This document shows, piece by piece, positions 46,298 through 55,977 of a stretch of 64,000 bases of DNA; the first letter of the stretch is position 1; every line of letters starts with the position of its first letter. The stretch covers positions 7,653 to 71,652 of the forward strand of contig CAZEDG010000002.1 of the NCBI GenBank assembly GCA_964510805.1, written 5' to 3'. Under the pieces are notes generated by a model. It saw only the letters and a program-made list of their open reading frames with translations. It had not been told where the DNA came from and ran no database searches. The translations under genes and the position numbers were made by a program. Origin of the DNA: an uncultured Candidatus Saccharibacteria bacterium. Lineage in GTDB: Bacteria > Patescibacteriota > Minisyncoccia > Phycocordibacterales > UBA5272.

Positions 46298-47131
46298 CTA
46301 CAATTCGACATATATTAATTCAACACCATGGGAACGAAGGGTTTTCTGACCATTCAGATTCGAATAACCGCCCGTAAAAAAAACTTTCCTGAACCCAGCA
46401 ACAACAACGGGTGGTGCGCACAAGTTACAAGGGAATGTAGTTACGTAAAGCTCAGCACCTTCAAGCGAAATACCACGTTTTGCAGCTTCCGCAATAAGCG
46501 CTTGCTCACCATGAAGTGCACTTGTCACTTCAATGAACTCACCAGGCTTGAAACTGTCCCTCGGATCACCATCCATATATGGGACGTATTCATGTGGGTA
46601 ATGCTTGTTATAAGCAACCAAACAAACATTATCTGAAGTGATTGCCATTGCTCCAACCTGTCGCCACCAATCAGAGCTTCGCCTTGCAAGGCGAAGCAAG
46701 TTTTGCATACAAATACTGCAATGAGCATACTCCGGATCTCCTTTTCGTACAACACGATCAGCTTCCGGTTGTACAAAACCAACCGCTGAGGATTTACTCC
46801 AATCCCAGCGAAGAAATGCACTTCCCCAAATTACTTCTCTGGTAAAAGAAAGACTTCTTGTAACATCGTCTTCTGGTACATAAATCTGAGTTTCATGCGG
46901 AAACTGGTTTTCATGAAAATCAGAAAAAGGTAATACCTTGTACCCGAGAGGAGCCAAGCATACAGCAAGCTCTTTTAGGTCAAGTGAGCGTATTTCTCGT
47001 ACAAGATGAGGAAAGCTGGGCACGTCAGATGCTTGCACAATATAGATTGTGTCAGAATTAGTTGATGCAAGATAATCGAGATACCCGCGATGAATCACGG
47101 GCATATAAGCAATTACAATATTTTTGCTCAT
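46298..47131 (-). CDS. Two-domain protein: an unknown N-terminal domain fused to a C-terminal cytidine/dCMP deaminase-like zinc-binding domain.
   Basis: HGEQ...(26 aa)...PCNLC matches the H(A/G)E-x(n)-PCxxC deaminase zinc motif. The N-terminal 170 aa are unassigned. Confidence 0.5.
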   Translation of the reverse strand: MSKNIVIAYMPVIHRGYLDYLASTNSDTIYIVQASDVPSFPHLVREIRSLDLKELAVCLAPLGYKVLPFSDFHENQFPHETQIYVPEDDVTRSLSFTREVIWGSAFLRWDWSKSSAVGFVQPEADRVVRKGDPEYAHCSICMQNLLRLARRSSDWWRQVGAMAITSDNVCLVAYNKHYPHEYVPYMDGDPRDSFKPGEFIEVTSALHGEQALIAEAAKRGISLEGAELYVTTFPCNLCAPPVVVAGFRKVFFTGGYSNLNGQKTLRSHGVELIYVEL

Positions 47132-47141
47132 ACCAAACCTT

Positions 47142-47816
47142 TCAACTCTTATTTAGACCTTCAATATGAGTTTCCGCAAGCACGTGCAGTTCTTGTGGTA
47201 AACCGGAAAGAAGTTGGGCGACCTGCACAACTTTTTCTTCAACAAGTTTGGTGACTGATTTTGCAAGTGGGGTAGCGCCATCGATTGCGAGCAAACGAAT
47301 GCGAGCGCTACTAGATGTTTCGGCTTGCGGAAGAAACACTTTGATACGTCCTACGTGTTGAGCAATAACATCGCGCTGTTCTGCAGAAATATCCCCCGTA
47401 CTTGTTGAGAGGATGCACACATCTGGATGTAACGCCTTATTGATATATTCCTTGTCTTTTGTGTGCTCATCAAGATCGCGAACGATCACGATATCAGCAG
47501 ACACCAAATGGCACACCATTTGGATACGTTCACTTTCAGGCACCACCGGACGACTTGGTCCTTTACGATGCTTTACCAGCTGATCAGAATCAACCACCAC
47601 AACTAAGATCTGACACTCTGCTTTTGCAAGGCGCAAGTACCTGGCATGACCGAGATGGATAAGGTCCCAAACACCACCCACTACACCAACTTCATATCCA
47701 GCAGACTTCAATTGAGCAACCAATGCCACAGCGTCAGTAAAATTCAAATAACGCCTTTCTGGAGAGCATTGAGGTGAAAGAATTTCCCTCATTGTGACAC
47801 CAACAGCTTGTTCCAT
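47142..47816 (-). CDS. HxGH nucleotidyltransferase (NadD-like nicotinate-nucleotide adenylyltransferase family).
   Basis: GVVGGVWDLIHLGHARYL fits GGxFDxxHxGH. ETSSSARIR fits the ISSTxIR-like motif. Confidence 0.5.
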   Translation of the reverse strand: MEQAVGVTMREILSPQCSPERRYLNFTDAVALVAQLKSAGYEVGVVGGVWDLIHLGHARYLRLAKAECQILVVVVDSDQLVKHRKGPSRPVVPESERIQMVCHLVSADIVIVRDLDEHTKDKEYINKALHPDVCILSTSTGDISAEQRDVIAQHVGRIKVFLPQAETSSSARIRLLAIDGATPLAKSVTKLVEEKVVQVAQLLSGLPQELHVLAETHIEGLNKS

Positions 47817-47879
47817 GTCGTACTCCTTGTATGTGAATTAACATCCCTATTCGGGTCTAAAAATAGACTACACTCCAAA

Positions 47880-47912
47880 ACAAAAAACCGCAATATTGCG
47901 GTTTTTTGTTTT
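47880..47912. terminator. Bidirectional terminator after rplK.
   Basis: aaaaaaccgcaatattgcggttttttgtttttg. Confidence 0.5.
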
Positions 47913-47920
47913 TGTGGTGA

Positions 47921-48334
47921 TTACACCACCTTGATTCCGATTGAACGAGCTGTTCCTTCGATAATCTTCATTCCTTGCTCTACAGTGTGAGCAGAAAGAT
48001 CTTTAAGCTTAAGGGTAGCGATCTCTCGAACCTTATCCTTAGAAAGGGTTCCAGCTTGCCCTCGTGAGTTACCTTTTGCTACGTTCGCTGCTTTCATCAC
48101 AAGTGATGTTGCGGTAGGAGTCTTGATAACGAAATCATAGGTACGATCTTCGTATACATAAATCTTAACAGAAAGACGCCCCTGCTGACCCTGAGTTGCT
48201 GCGTTAAACTTGTTAACGAAGTCACCGATCTGAACACCAGCTTGACCAAGTGCTGGACCAAGTGGTGGAGCAGGAGTAGCTTTACCTGCTTCGATCTGAA
48301 CCTTTACATATTTTGTAATTTTTTTAGCTGCCAT
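47921..48334 (-). CDS. rplK: 50S ribosomal protein L11.
   Basis: PAPPLGPALGQAGVQIGDFVNKFN. Confidence 0.9.
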   Translation of the reverse strand: MAAKKITKYVKVQIEAGKATPAPPLGPALGQAGVQIGDFVNKFNAATQGQQGRLSVKIYVYEDRTYDFVIKTPTATSLVMKAANVAKGNSRGQAGTLSKDKVREIATLKLKDLSAHTVEQGMKIIEGTARSIGIKVV

Positions 48335-48529
48335 ATACGTTTTTTTAAAGTTTGCTTATTCTAACACGGTTTTTATTGAATTTCAAGATTTCCTAAAGAA
48401 GTTTATAAAAAGTTAAAAATTGCTTTAGCTACGCGAAGCTTAGAAATTTTTCGAAGACGGTATAGTAGACCTCGGAGCGACAGAGAAAAATTTCGTAGCG
48501 ACAAAGTAGATGAAGTAGTTTTTAGCTTT

Positions 48530-49075
48530 TTAGATTTTCTTAATTTGAAGGAAATCTAGCTCTACCGGAGTCTCACGACCAAACATATTCACAAGAACCT
48601 TGAGCTTGCCTCGCGCTTTATCAACCTCAGAAACCTTCCCTTCAAAGTCCTTGAATGGTCCATCGATGATACCGACGAGCTCACCTACATCAATAGTAAT
48701 TTCGTGTTCAACTTCTCCGGTGTTCATACGACTGAAGAGAAAATCAATTTCCTTCTGAGAAAGAGGAACAGGTGTTGTTCCTGCGCCAACGAAACCTGTC
48801 ACTCGAGGAGTATTACGAACAACGTACCAACTATTATCATCTACAATCATATCCACAAGGACATATCCTGGATAGATTTTTTCCTCAACTTCTACACGCT
48901 TAGTTCCTTTTACTTTGATCTTCTTCTCAAGAGGAACGACGACACTAAAAATCTTGTCTTGCATTCCAAGAGACTCGATGCGTTGCTTTAAGTTACGCAT
49001 AACCGCATTCTCATAACCACTGTACGTGTGAATTGCATACCAATGACGCTCCCCTGTAAATTCTTGTTTAGCCAT
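48530..49075 (-). CDS. nusG: Transcription termination/antitermination factor NusG.
   Basis: WYAIHTYSGYENAV NGN domain. C-terminal KOW motif GELVGIIDGPFKDFEGKV. Confidence 0.9.
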   Translation of the reverse strand: MAKQEFTGERHWYAIHTYSGYENAVMRNLKQRIESLGMQDKIFSVVVPLEKKIKVKGTKRVEVEEKIYPGYVLVDMIVDDNSWYVVRNTPRVTGFVGAGTTPVPLSQKEIDFLFSRMNTGEVEHEITIDVGELVGIIDGPFKDFEGKVSEVDKARGKLKVLVNMFGRETPVELDFLQIKKI

Positions 49076-49121
49076 ATATTTTAGATACTAGTTAACAATA
49101 TAATAATAGTAAAAGAGACAC

Positions 49122-49304
49122 CTAGCGAGCAATAACCTTTGCAAGGAGTTCACGAAGACCAAGATCAATTCCAGAAAGCATAAGTGCAACAGCAACAGAA
49201 ATGACAATTACAAGCATCGCAAACATTGTTGTTGTAGAAAAGGTTGGGAAGGTTACCTCCTTGAGTTCACTTTTGGTTTCTTTTAAGTATTGGAGAAGTT
49301 TCAT
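49122..49304 (-). CDS. secE: Preprotein translocase subunit SecE.
   Basis: The ORF is 60 aa with a single TM helix, upstream of nusG in the conserved secE-nusG-rplK order. Confidence 0.75.
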   Translation of the reverse strand: MKLLQYLKETKSELKEVTFPTFSTTTMFAMLVIVISVAVALMLSGIDLGLRELLAKVIAR

Positions 49305-49497
49305 AATAAGTAGTTATAACTATGGGTAGAGTATACCGTAATACTCGCTAATTCTAAAAAACGCCCTCCAAGAAGGAGTAGCATTCGTATGCATATACGA
49401 TACCATAGAACAAGATTTTTTGCAAATCACCTTATTTTATAAGGACTATTTTTTTGTATTAGACCGGACTATTAAAGGGTGCACTGCCTAAACAAAA

Positions 49498-49527
49498 AGA
49501 AAAGAAGGCGTATGCCTTCTTTTCTTG
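49498..49527. terminator. Hairpin terminator.
   Basis: gaaaagaaggcgtatgccttcttttctt. Confidence 0.45.
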
Positions 49528-49542
49528 TGATCGTTACAAAAT

Positions 49543-50325
49543 CTACTTAATCGTGTACGTAATAGTCACATGTGACTTGATTACGTTTTCTCCTTGCGGA
49601 AGAGACACTTTTGATTCCGCTACTCCACCTACTGACATTGCGTCAGCTCTTGCATACATCATAGGATAGTACCCTCCATTATCCTCACTAAAGGAAAGCA
49701 CGGTTCCTAGAGATACACCAAGTGCATCAGCTTGAACCTTAGCCTTTTCTTTTGCGTCAGCAATTGCGAGTGCTTTTGCGTTTTCTTTTACCTTATCCAT
49801 ATCATCCACAGTAAAGTTAGGTCCGCTAATATCGGTGATGTTAACTTTACCAAGAATTCCAAAAACTTCCCCTGCTTGGTCAACTTTTCTTACCTTAACA
49901 CTCACTGACTGTCGCACCTCATAACCATTCACTACTGAAGTCTGTGGAGGGCATGCGTATGCAGTACATACACCCGTCATCTTGGTCTCATAGTGAGGAT
50001 TCACGGTATAGGAAAGGGTCTTTACATCTTTCTTGTCGACACCAAGAGTAGAAAGATCTTTGAGTGCTTGAGCAACCTTCGCTTCAGCAAGCTTCTGAGC
50101 TTCTGGGACAGTCTTAGCATTCTCGTTTACCGTGAAAGTTACCTCTGCAATATCCGGCACTGCAGTTACCTCACCGTCACCCTGCACAGAAATAGAAGCA
50201 ATCTGACCACTTGGATGATTCACCGCATCAAGGTTCTGAATTCCAAATGCAAGAGAAGCAAAGGCAAGCGCAACAAGAGCAGTAGTGCCTGCCATCCAAG
50301 TATATTTTTTATAGTTATTTTCCAT
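49543..50325 (-). CDS. SIMPL-domain (BP26/OMP28-like, DUF541) periplasmic protein.
   Basis: N-terminal signal/TM and alternating beta-alpha SIMPL topology. The similarity is recognised by pattern, not from a search. Confidence 0.5.
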   Translation of the reverse strand: MENNYKKYTWMAGTTALVALAFASLAFGIQNLDAVNHPSGQIASISVQGDGEVTAVPDIAEVTFTVNENAKTVPEAQKLAEAKVAQALKDLSTLGVDKKDVKTLSYTVNPHYETKMTGVCTAYACPPQTSVVNGYEVRQSVSVKVRKVDQAGEVFGILGKVNITDISGPNFTVDDMDKVKENAKALAIADAKEKAKVQADALGVSLGTVLSFSEDNGGYYPMMYARADAMSVGGVAESKVSLPQGENVIKSHVTITYTIK

Positions 50326-50379
50326 AGTTACTAGTTTTTGTTAGGGAATCTGTACGCGTACAGATTCTTTATAATTCGT

Positions 50380-51579
50380 TTATAATCGGCCGTTACTGTA
50401 CATATAGCCAAGTATTAGCAGTATAGCAACTAGCATAACGCCTGCCAACATAACAAGCGACTCATCTCCTTTTGTCATTGGGACCGCTTCAGCAACAATC
50501 TCTTCTTCATGAGGAGTTACAGGGAGTGCTTGAGCAATAGTATTCTTAGGAGAAGGTTGCACAGGGCTCACCTGCTTTTCTTTTTCTTGGGAACTGTTAT
50601 TTTTTTCTTCTCCATGAAAAACTTTTTTATATTTTCCAAAAGACCACACATGTGGCGACGACTCAAAAGGAAGAAGTGGTAGATCAAGAGGAGGTTCTAC
50701 TTCTTTTGGTTTTTTTGAAGAAGGCTCCGATGTAACGAGAGATTCTTTTGAGTCATGTTTTTCTGGGCTAACCTTAAGCACCGAACTCTGAGCAAACACA
50801 TCAGTTCTGTGTACAGCAAATTCTTCTGTGTTTTTACCTTCATTTGGCAAGCGTTCTACCGGAGGAAGAATTTTTACAGGCTCTTGTTTTACTTCTTTCT
50901 TTTCAACAAGAACAGGCTTTGCTTCTTGTTTTTGTTGTATTGTGCTATTTTCTTGTAAGGATTCTTTTTGTATCTCCTTTTGTGCAACAGTTTCTTCTTT
51001 TGGTTTCTGATCCAAAGAAGAAGTGATACTTTTTTCTTCTTTTTTCTTTATTTCTTCTGGTTGAGTAAAAGAAATATCTTTAACGAGATCAAAAGAAGGA
51101 AGCTTTATTGCTAAAGAAGGATCTTTTTTAGGAGTATCTTCTTTAACTTCTTTAGGAATATCATTAACAAATGTAACTTCTGGAAGAGAAAAAGAAGTTT
51201 GCAAAAATCCCTCTTTTTTTGTTTCTACGGTATCAGTACTTTTTTGTTCTAAGCCTGGTTTCTGTTTAGGTATATCCTCGCGCACGACTTTATTTTCTGG
51301 TTCTGTTATTTTTGGAAGATTCTTTTCTTCTGCACCATCTTTTTGATAGTACACAATTGGACCAGAAGACGCAGTCTGTTGTTCTCTTGCTTTTTTTTCT
51401 TGAACCAACTGAAAAAGTGAGCCATCCTTTTCTTTTTGCTTAAAAAGAACTACAGCATCCTTGATTGCTTTATCTTCCCATCCAGAAGCATCAAGTAAAG
51501 TCTCTAAAAGATTTACCGTAAGAGGGTCATGACGAACAGCAAGTTCTTCTACGATGGTTTGTATTTCGGTAAGGGTCAT
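50380..51579 (-). CDS. Hypothetical tail-anchored protein with a low-complexity K/E/P-rich spacer.
   Basis: The ORF is 399 aa with a C-terminal TM helix LVMLAGVMLVAILLILGYMY. Confidence 0.5.
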   Translation of the reverse strand: MTLTEIQTIVEELAVRHDPLTVNLLETLLDASGWEDKAIKDAVVLFKQKEKDGSLFQLVQEKKAREQQTASSGPIVYYQKDGAEEKNLPKITEPENKVVREDIPKQKPGLEQKSTDTVETKKEGFLQTSFSLPEVTFVNDIPKEVKEDTPKKDPSLAIKLPSFDLVKDISFTQPEEIKKKEEKSITSSLDQKPKEETVAQKEIQKESLQENSTIQQKQEAKPVLVEKKEVKQEPVKILPPVERLPNEGKNTEEFAVHRTDVFAQSSVLKVSPEKHDSKESLVTSEPSSKKPKEVEPPLDLPLLPFESSPHVWSFGKYKKVFHGEEKNNSSQEKEKQVSPVQPSPKNTIAQALPVTPHEEEIVAEAVPMTKGDESLVMLAGVMLVAILLILGYMYSNGRL

Positions 51580-51640
51580 AACAAGTAAGGTAACCCTCTA
51601 TCGTGACCACCTAAGAACACACAGTGAGGGTCAGTGGTGA

Positions 51641-53698
51641 TTATTTTTTCTTTGTAGGTGCCTTCTTGGTAGAATCTGTCGTCGTTACAGGTTGTGCCGT
51701 ACTACTCACAGGTGCAAGCGAAGCCATGAATTTTTCAAGATCTGCATTGCCTGGATTTCTCTTAAGAAGTTCATCTGCAAGTGGTTTAGCGAGATCCCCT
51801 CTACCACCATCACGAAGTGAAAGTGCTAAGAAATATGCAATATTTGCATTATTAGGATCTTTTTCGAGTGCAGTCTTAAGGGCAAGTACAGCATCAACAT
51901 AGTCACGCTTACCGTAGAAGAGAAGTCCTGCTTGAGTGTAAACCGCTGGGTCATTAGGTGCGCTTTGGATAGCTTGCACTGCATAAGTAATCGCTTCATC
52001 TATTTTGTTCTCAGAAGCTTCTAGCTGACTCATGAGATAGAGTGCATCAGCAAAATTCTGCTTCTTGCGAAGTGCTTCAGTAAGATTTTGACGAACTCCT
52101 TCTTTTGTTCCTGCAGAAGTTTCAAGACGAGCAAGCATGAGATAAATATAAGGATTATCTGGGAAAAGCTTCGCTGCTTCTTCGTAAGATTTCTTAGCAT
52201 TTGCAAATGCGCCATCCTTATCAAAAGGAACTGCAAGCTCGTAAGCTCTACCAAGCGTTACATAGTTCTGATAATTATCAGGATTAACTTTAACTGCTTC
52301 CTTACCTGCGTCTACCGCAATTTTTGCCTTTCTAAGGTACTCATTCTTAAACTGCTCCTGGTCTTGAGAAACAGATGCAACAAGTTTCTGATTATAGGTG
52401 ATCGCATACTCAACCAAAGTTCTATAAAATCCATCGTACTTATATGAGCGAGATGCTTCCTGTACGAGCTTTTCTGCTTGTGCGAGATCAGAAGAAGTCT
52501 GAGCTTGAGCAAAAAGAGAGAATGCATGTGCTTTGACCACAGTACTTACACTGTTCACTATAAGCAAAAGTGCAACTGGAACAAAAAGATATGCAAGTTT
52601 TTTGCTTGGATGGAATTCATTGAGGCGAGCTTTTGCAACACCAAGACCTCCAATACACATCCAAAGAACAAGCATTCCATAAGAAAGAGGAACAACAAAT
52701 GAAATAACAGTAAGGTATGCAAGCGTAAGAAGAAGGACTGTTACAATAGTATGTTCTGATCCTTCTCTTTTTTCTCTAAAAGTAGTATAGGTACTAAGAA
52801 GTGAAGATAGGATAAGGAGAATAAAGCTTACTAGACCAACAATACCGATAGTTACAAACAATGTTGATACTGTACTCGAACCTTGGCTAAAATCAAAACC
52901 AAAGTAAGGTGAATTAATTACATCTGGTGTTCTATAGAGTTGCCATGCGCGAGAAAAGTTCCCTGCACCGATACCAAATATTGTATTATGCACAAGAACT
53001 TTTTTACCAACGATGAGCGAACCTTGGAAACTCGGCTTAATACCATCTTGTGATGCGAGTGCTACAAGAAGCGCGATAAGCACCATAGCAGAAGAAGCAA
53101 CAAAAAACTTCCACTTTTTTGCAATCCTTCCTTTCACTAAATAAAGAAAACATCCGACCGTAAAGATGCCAAGATATGAAGCAAAAGAAACTGAACTAGA
53201 AAAACCTCCAAACAAAGACTTAGCGAAGCCGAACAAACTTCCCCCTATCATAAGCGCTGTCACAAAAATAAAAGCACTTACCGAAAGAACTACCGCCATA
53301 ACCATTTTTAGTGTGTGGCGCAATTTTTCTGGAAGAGAACGAACAAGGTACATAATCGCAGGGAGTGCGAGAAGTGCTGCGCCAGAAAACATATTGAATC
53401 CATCACCAAAGAAAATAATTCCTGGATTCTTAGAAAAAAGCGCTGAGAGCCCCACAGAGATAGAAAAAGCAAAATACGCGAAGAATTCAAGACGAGACAC
53501 AGTATGCCATGTTCTTGTAAGAATCGCATTGATAACATAAGCAAGGAGTGCCACTCCAACGAGAACCATCATGATGATGTGATAGGTCGCCTCCCCTGTA
53601 AAACTAGTTTTTGGAATAAAAAGAAGCGGAGAACCTACAACGATGACTGCGGTTGTATACTGATACACTCTTGATAAGATGGTTGTTAAAAACTTCAT
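51641..53698 (-). CDS. O-antigen-ligase-like polytopic membrane protein with a C-terminal TPR-repeat domain.
   Basis: About 10 N-terminal TM helices. C-terminal repeats of the form YEEAAKLFPDNPYIYLMLARL... AIQSAPNDPAVYTQAGLLF. Confidence 0.6.
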   Translation of the reverse strand: MKFLTTILSRVYQYTTAVIVVGSPLLFIPKTSFTGEATYHIIMMVLVGVALLAYVINAILTRTWHTVSRLEFFAYFAFSISVGLSALFSKNPGIIFFGDGFNMFSGAALLALPAIMYLVRSLPEKLRHTLKMVMAVVLSVSAFIFVTALMIGGSLFGFAKSLFGGFSSSVSFASYLGIFTVGCFLYLVKGRIAKKWKFFVASSAMVLIALLVALASQDGIKPSFQGSLIVGKKVLVHNTIFGIGAGNFSRAWQLYRTPDVINSPYFGFDFSQGSSTVSTLFVTIGIVGLVSFILLILSSLLSTYTTFREKREGSEHTIVTVLLLTLAYLTVISFVVPLSYGMLVLWMCIGGLGVAKARLNEFHPSKKLAYLFVPVALLLIVNSVSTVVKAHAFSLFAQAQTSSDLAQAEKLVQEASRSYKYDGFYRTLVEYAITYNQKLVASVSQDQEQFKNEYLRKAKIAVDAGKEAVKVNPDNYQNYVTLGRAYELAVPFDKDGAFANAKKSYEEAAKLFPDNPYIYLMLARLETSAGTKEGVRQNLTEALRKKQNFADALYLMSQLEASENKIDEAITYAVQAIQSAPNDPAVYTQAGLLFYGKRDYVDAVLALKTALEKDPNNANIAYFLALSLRDGGRGDLAKPLADELLKRNPGNADLEKFMASLAPVSSTAQPVTTTDSTKKAPTKKK

Positions 53699-53956
53699 AG
53701 ATTAATTGCTTTTTCTAAAATTACTAATGATACTCGAAGTATAACGCTTTTTTTTACTATTTTAGAGAGCAGACTGTGGACATGATAAAGATAAAACAAG
53801 CACTGTTTCGCGATATACTAGTAGAATCTATGGAAAACGCTTTACCACAAGAGGAATTACCCCACAAAAAAAACATATACCCGACACTGCGACATTTTAT
53901 CCTTATCATGTTTGTTCTTCTGTGTGTGTGCATCCTTTTACTTTTAATTCTTCAAA

Positions 53957-55534
53957 ATGGAAGAATGGTCTACGAGCATGGCATCTAATTTATTCAACAG
54001 AATCCCTCCTCTTTTTTCTGATCTAGCAAAAATCCTTGCCGGAGAAATTGATTGTTCCATCGAAACCCTTACTCGCTATAGCAGAGATGCTTCTTCGTAT
54101 CACATCCCTCCTCAAGCAGTTATCTATCCAAAGAACAGCACCGACATCAAGCATGTACTTGGACTTGCAAGGGAGTATGGTATTCCAGTAACTACTCGTG
54201 GTAGCGGTAGAAGTACAAGCGGTGGAAGCATAGGTGAAGGAATCATCCTCGACATGTCTCGCTATTTTACGTATATACGTGGAATTAATTTTATTGAGAA
54301 CACTATTTCTGTAGATGCAGGGGTTCCTGTTGGAGAACTCCTTGACCGTCTTAATGACATGCAAGTAGATATCCCCTACCTGCACGGTCTTAACAGGGCT
54401 TCAAGTATCGGTTCTGTTGTTGCCACTCGTCCAGTAAGCGCTTCTTCTTTTTTGTATGGAAGTATTCGCGAATGGGTCGAAGGCATGACTGTTGTTGTTG
54501 ATAACGGAGAAGAACATCACATACAAGACGGCATCACTCCAAGCGGAAGACTTCTTGGTATTTATCAGTCAGTGTTTCCTTTTATTACAAAAGAGAGTGC
54601 ACTTATTCGCGCAGGTAAGCCAAAAGTTCATGACGATCCGACAGGATACACTCTTTGGAGTAGCTCAATAGGACCAAGACAACTCTTAGATGAGCTCGTT
54701 GGATCAGAAGGCACGCTCGCTATTATTACTCAAATAACCCTTCGTCTTACACCTTACAAAGAACATAGTGCGGTAACATGCATCCCTATCGCACACGAAA
54801 AAGAAATTCCTGCTTATGTCGCCATTGCAAAACATCACACTTGTGAACAAGTATTTCTTTTTGATGAAACAACTCTCACCCTAGCAAGAAGGGAGCTTCC
54901 TCACCTTGTACCTACCTACAAAAACGCACCTTACACGCTTCTTGTGACACATAAAGCAAAAGACTCTAAGACATTACACAAGCTTATCTCTTCATTTAAA
55001 AAAGCATGCTCTTTCCCTTATGATCTCTACACAATAGAACAACGAGAATATGTAGACAAGTTCACAAGCGAAACCTACCTTGATCATCTGTATCATAATT
55101 ATTCAAATGGAGCACTTCGAGCAAGTACGCTCACTCGTGGCATTATTGTTCCATTACATCTTGTACCGCTCTTTATAGAAGAAGCTACCCACTACCTCAA
55201 CAGAACAGGATATATGTACTCTTGCACCGGATACATTGGTTCAGGAAATGTCATGATTACAATACTCTTCGATCCACTCTCAAAAAAATATGACACTGAT
55301 AGTTACATTCTCGCCAAGGAACTCTTTTTAATTGCAAAAAAATACCACGGAGGAATAAGTGCCGTCTCTGGTGAAGGCATAGAAAAAACACCTTTCTTAC
55401 CTTGTATATATACAAAAGATACGCTCGCACTTTTTAGATCAATAAAAGCAATGTGGGACCCTCTTCATATCCTCAACCCAGGAAAAAAAACAGGGACACA
55501 GGTGGACTATTTACAAAAACATCTACAATACTAA
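53957..55534 (+). CDS. FAD-binding oxidoreductase (PCMH-type FAD-linked oxidase/dehydrogenase).
   Basis: GIPVTTRGSGRSTSGGSIGEGIILDMSR FAD-binding motif. The protein is 525 aa. Confidence 0.7.
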   Translation: MEEWSTSMASNLFNRIPPLFSDLAKILAGEIDCSIETLTRYSRDASSYHIPPQAVIYPKNSTDIKHVLGLAREYGIPVTTRGSGRSTSGGSIGEGIILDMSRYFTYIRGINFIENTISVDAGVPVGELLDRLNDMQVDIPYLHGLNRASSIGSVVATRPVSASSFLYGSIREWVEGMTVVVDNGEEHHIQDGITPSGRLLGIYQSVFPFITKESALIRAGKPKVHDDPTGYTLWSSSIGPRQLLDELVGSEGTLAIITQITLRLTPYKEHSAVTCIPIAHEKEIPAYVAIAKHHTCEQVFLFDETTLTLARRELPHLVPTYKNAPYTLLVTHKAKDSKTLHKLISSFKKACSFPYDLYTIEQREYVDKFTSETYLDHLYHNYSNGALRASTLTRGIIVPLHLVPLFIEEATHYLNRTGYMYSCTGYIGSGNVMITILFDPLSKKYDTDSYILAKELFLIAKKYHGGISAVSGEGIEKTPFLPCIYTKDTLALFRSIKAMWDPLHILNPGKKTGTQVDYLQKHLQY

Positions 55535-55554
55535 CCCTGTAGAGTCACAAAAAA

Positions 55555-55959
55555 CTACTTCTCGTCTTTAATAAGGTGCCTCACTTGATCCTTAGGGTCA
55601 TAGCTTTCGCGAACCACTTGTCGTGCCCAAATTCTAAATTCCTTTCCCCATTCTCCTTTTACCCTAAATCCGATCGCAATAATGACATCAGTGTTATACA
55701 CAAAAATTTTTCTCGCCACTTTCTTCTTACCTTCCTTTTGTGTCACCATAAGTTCCCTCTCTGACTCTATACGATTAAGCTCTTTCTCTTTATAAATTTT
55801 TTTCAAATGATCGTTAATCGTTGGGACTGATCTTCCGTAAATTCGAGCAATTCTTTTTTGTGTACTCCATACTTCATCATCAAAAACAAATACCCCCTCT
55901 TTTACAAGGTGTGGCTGGTTATCAATATGAATACGTGGAAGCGATGGATGAGAATTCAT
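55555..55959 (-). CDS. RhuM-family protein, N-terminal domain only (truncated).
   Basis: VWSTQKRIARIYGRSVPTINDHLKKIYKEKEL and NTDVIIAIGFRVKGEWGKEFRIWA match the conserved RhuM N-terminal block. The protein is 134 aa against about 330 aa for a typical RhuM. Confidence 0.5.
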   Translation of the reverse strand: MNSHPSLPRIHIDNQPHLVKEGVFVFDDEVWSTQKRIARIYGRSVPTINDHLKKIYKEKELNRIESERELMVTQKEGKKKVARKIFVYNTDVIIAIGFRVKGEWGKEFRIWARQVVRESYDPKDQVRHLIKDEK

Positions 55960-55977
55960 ATAACGAAGTATACAGGA

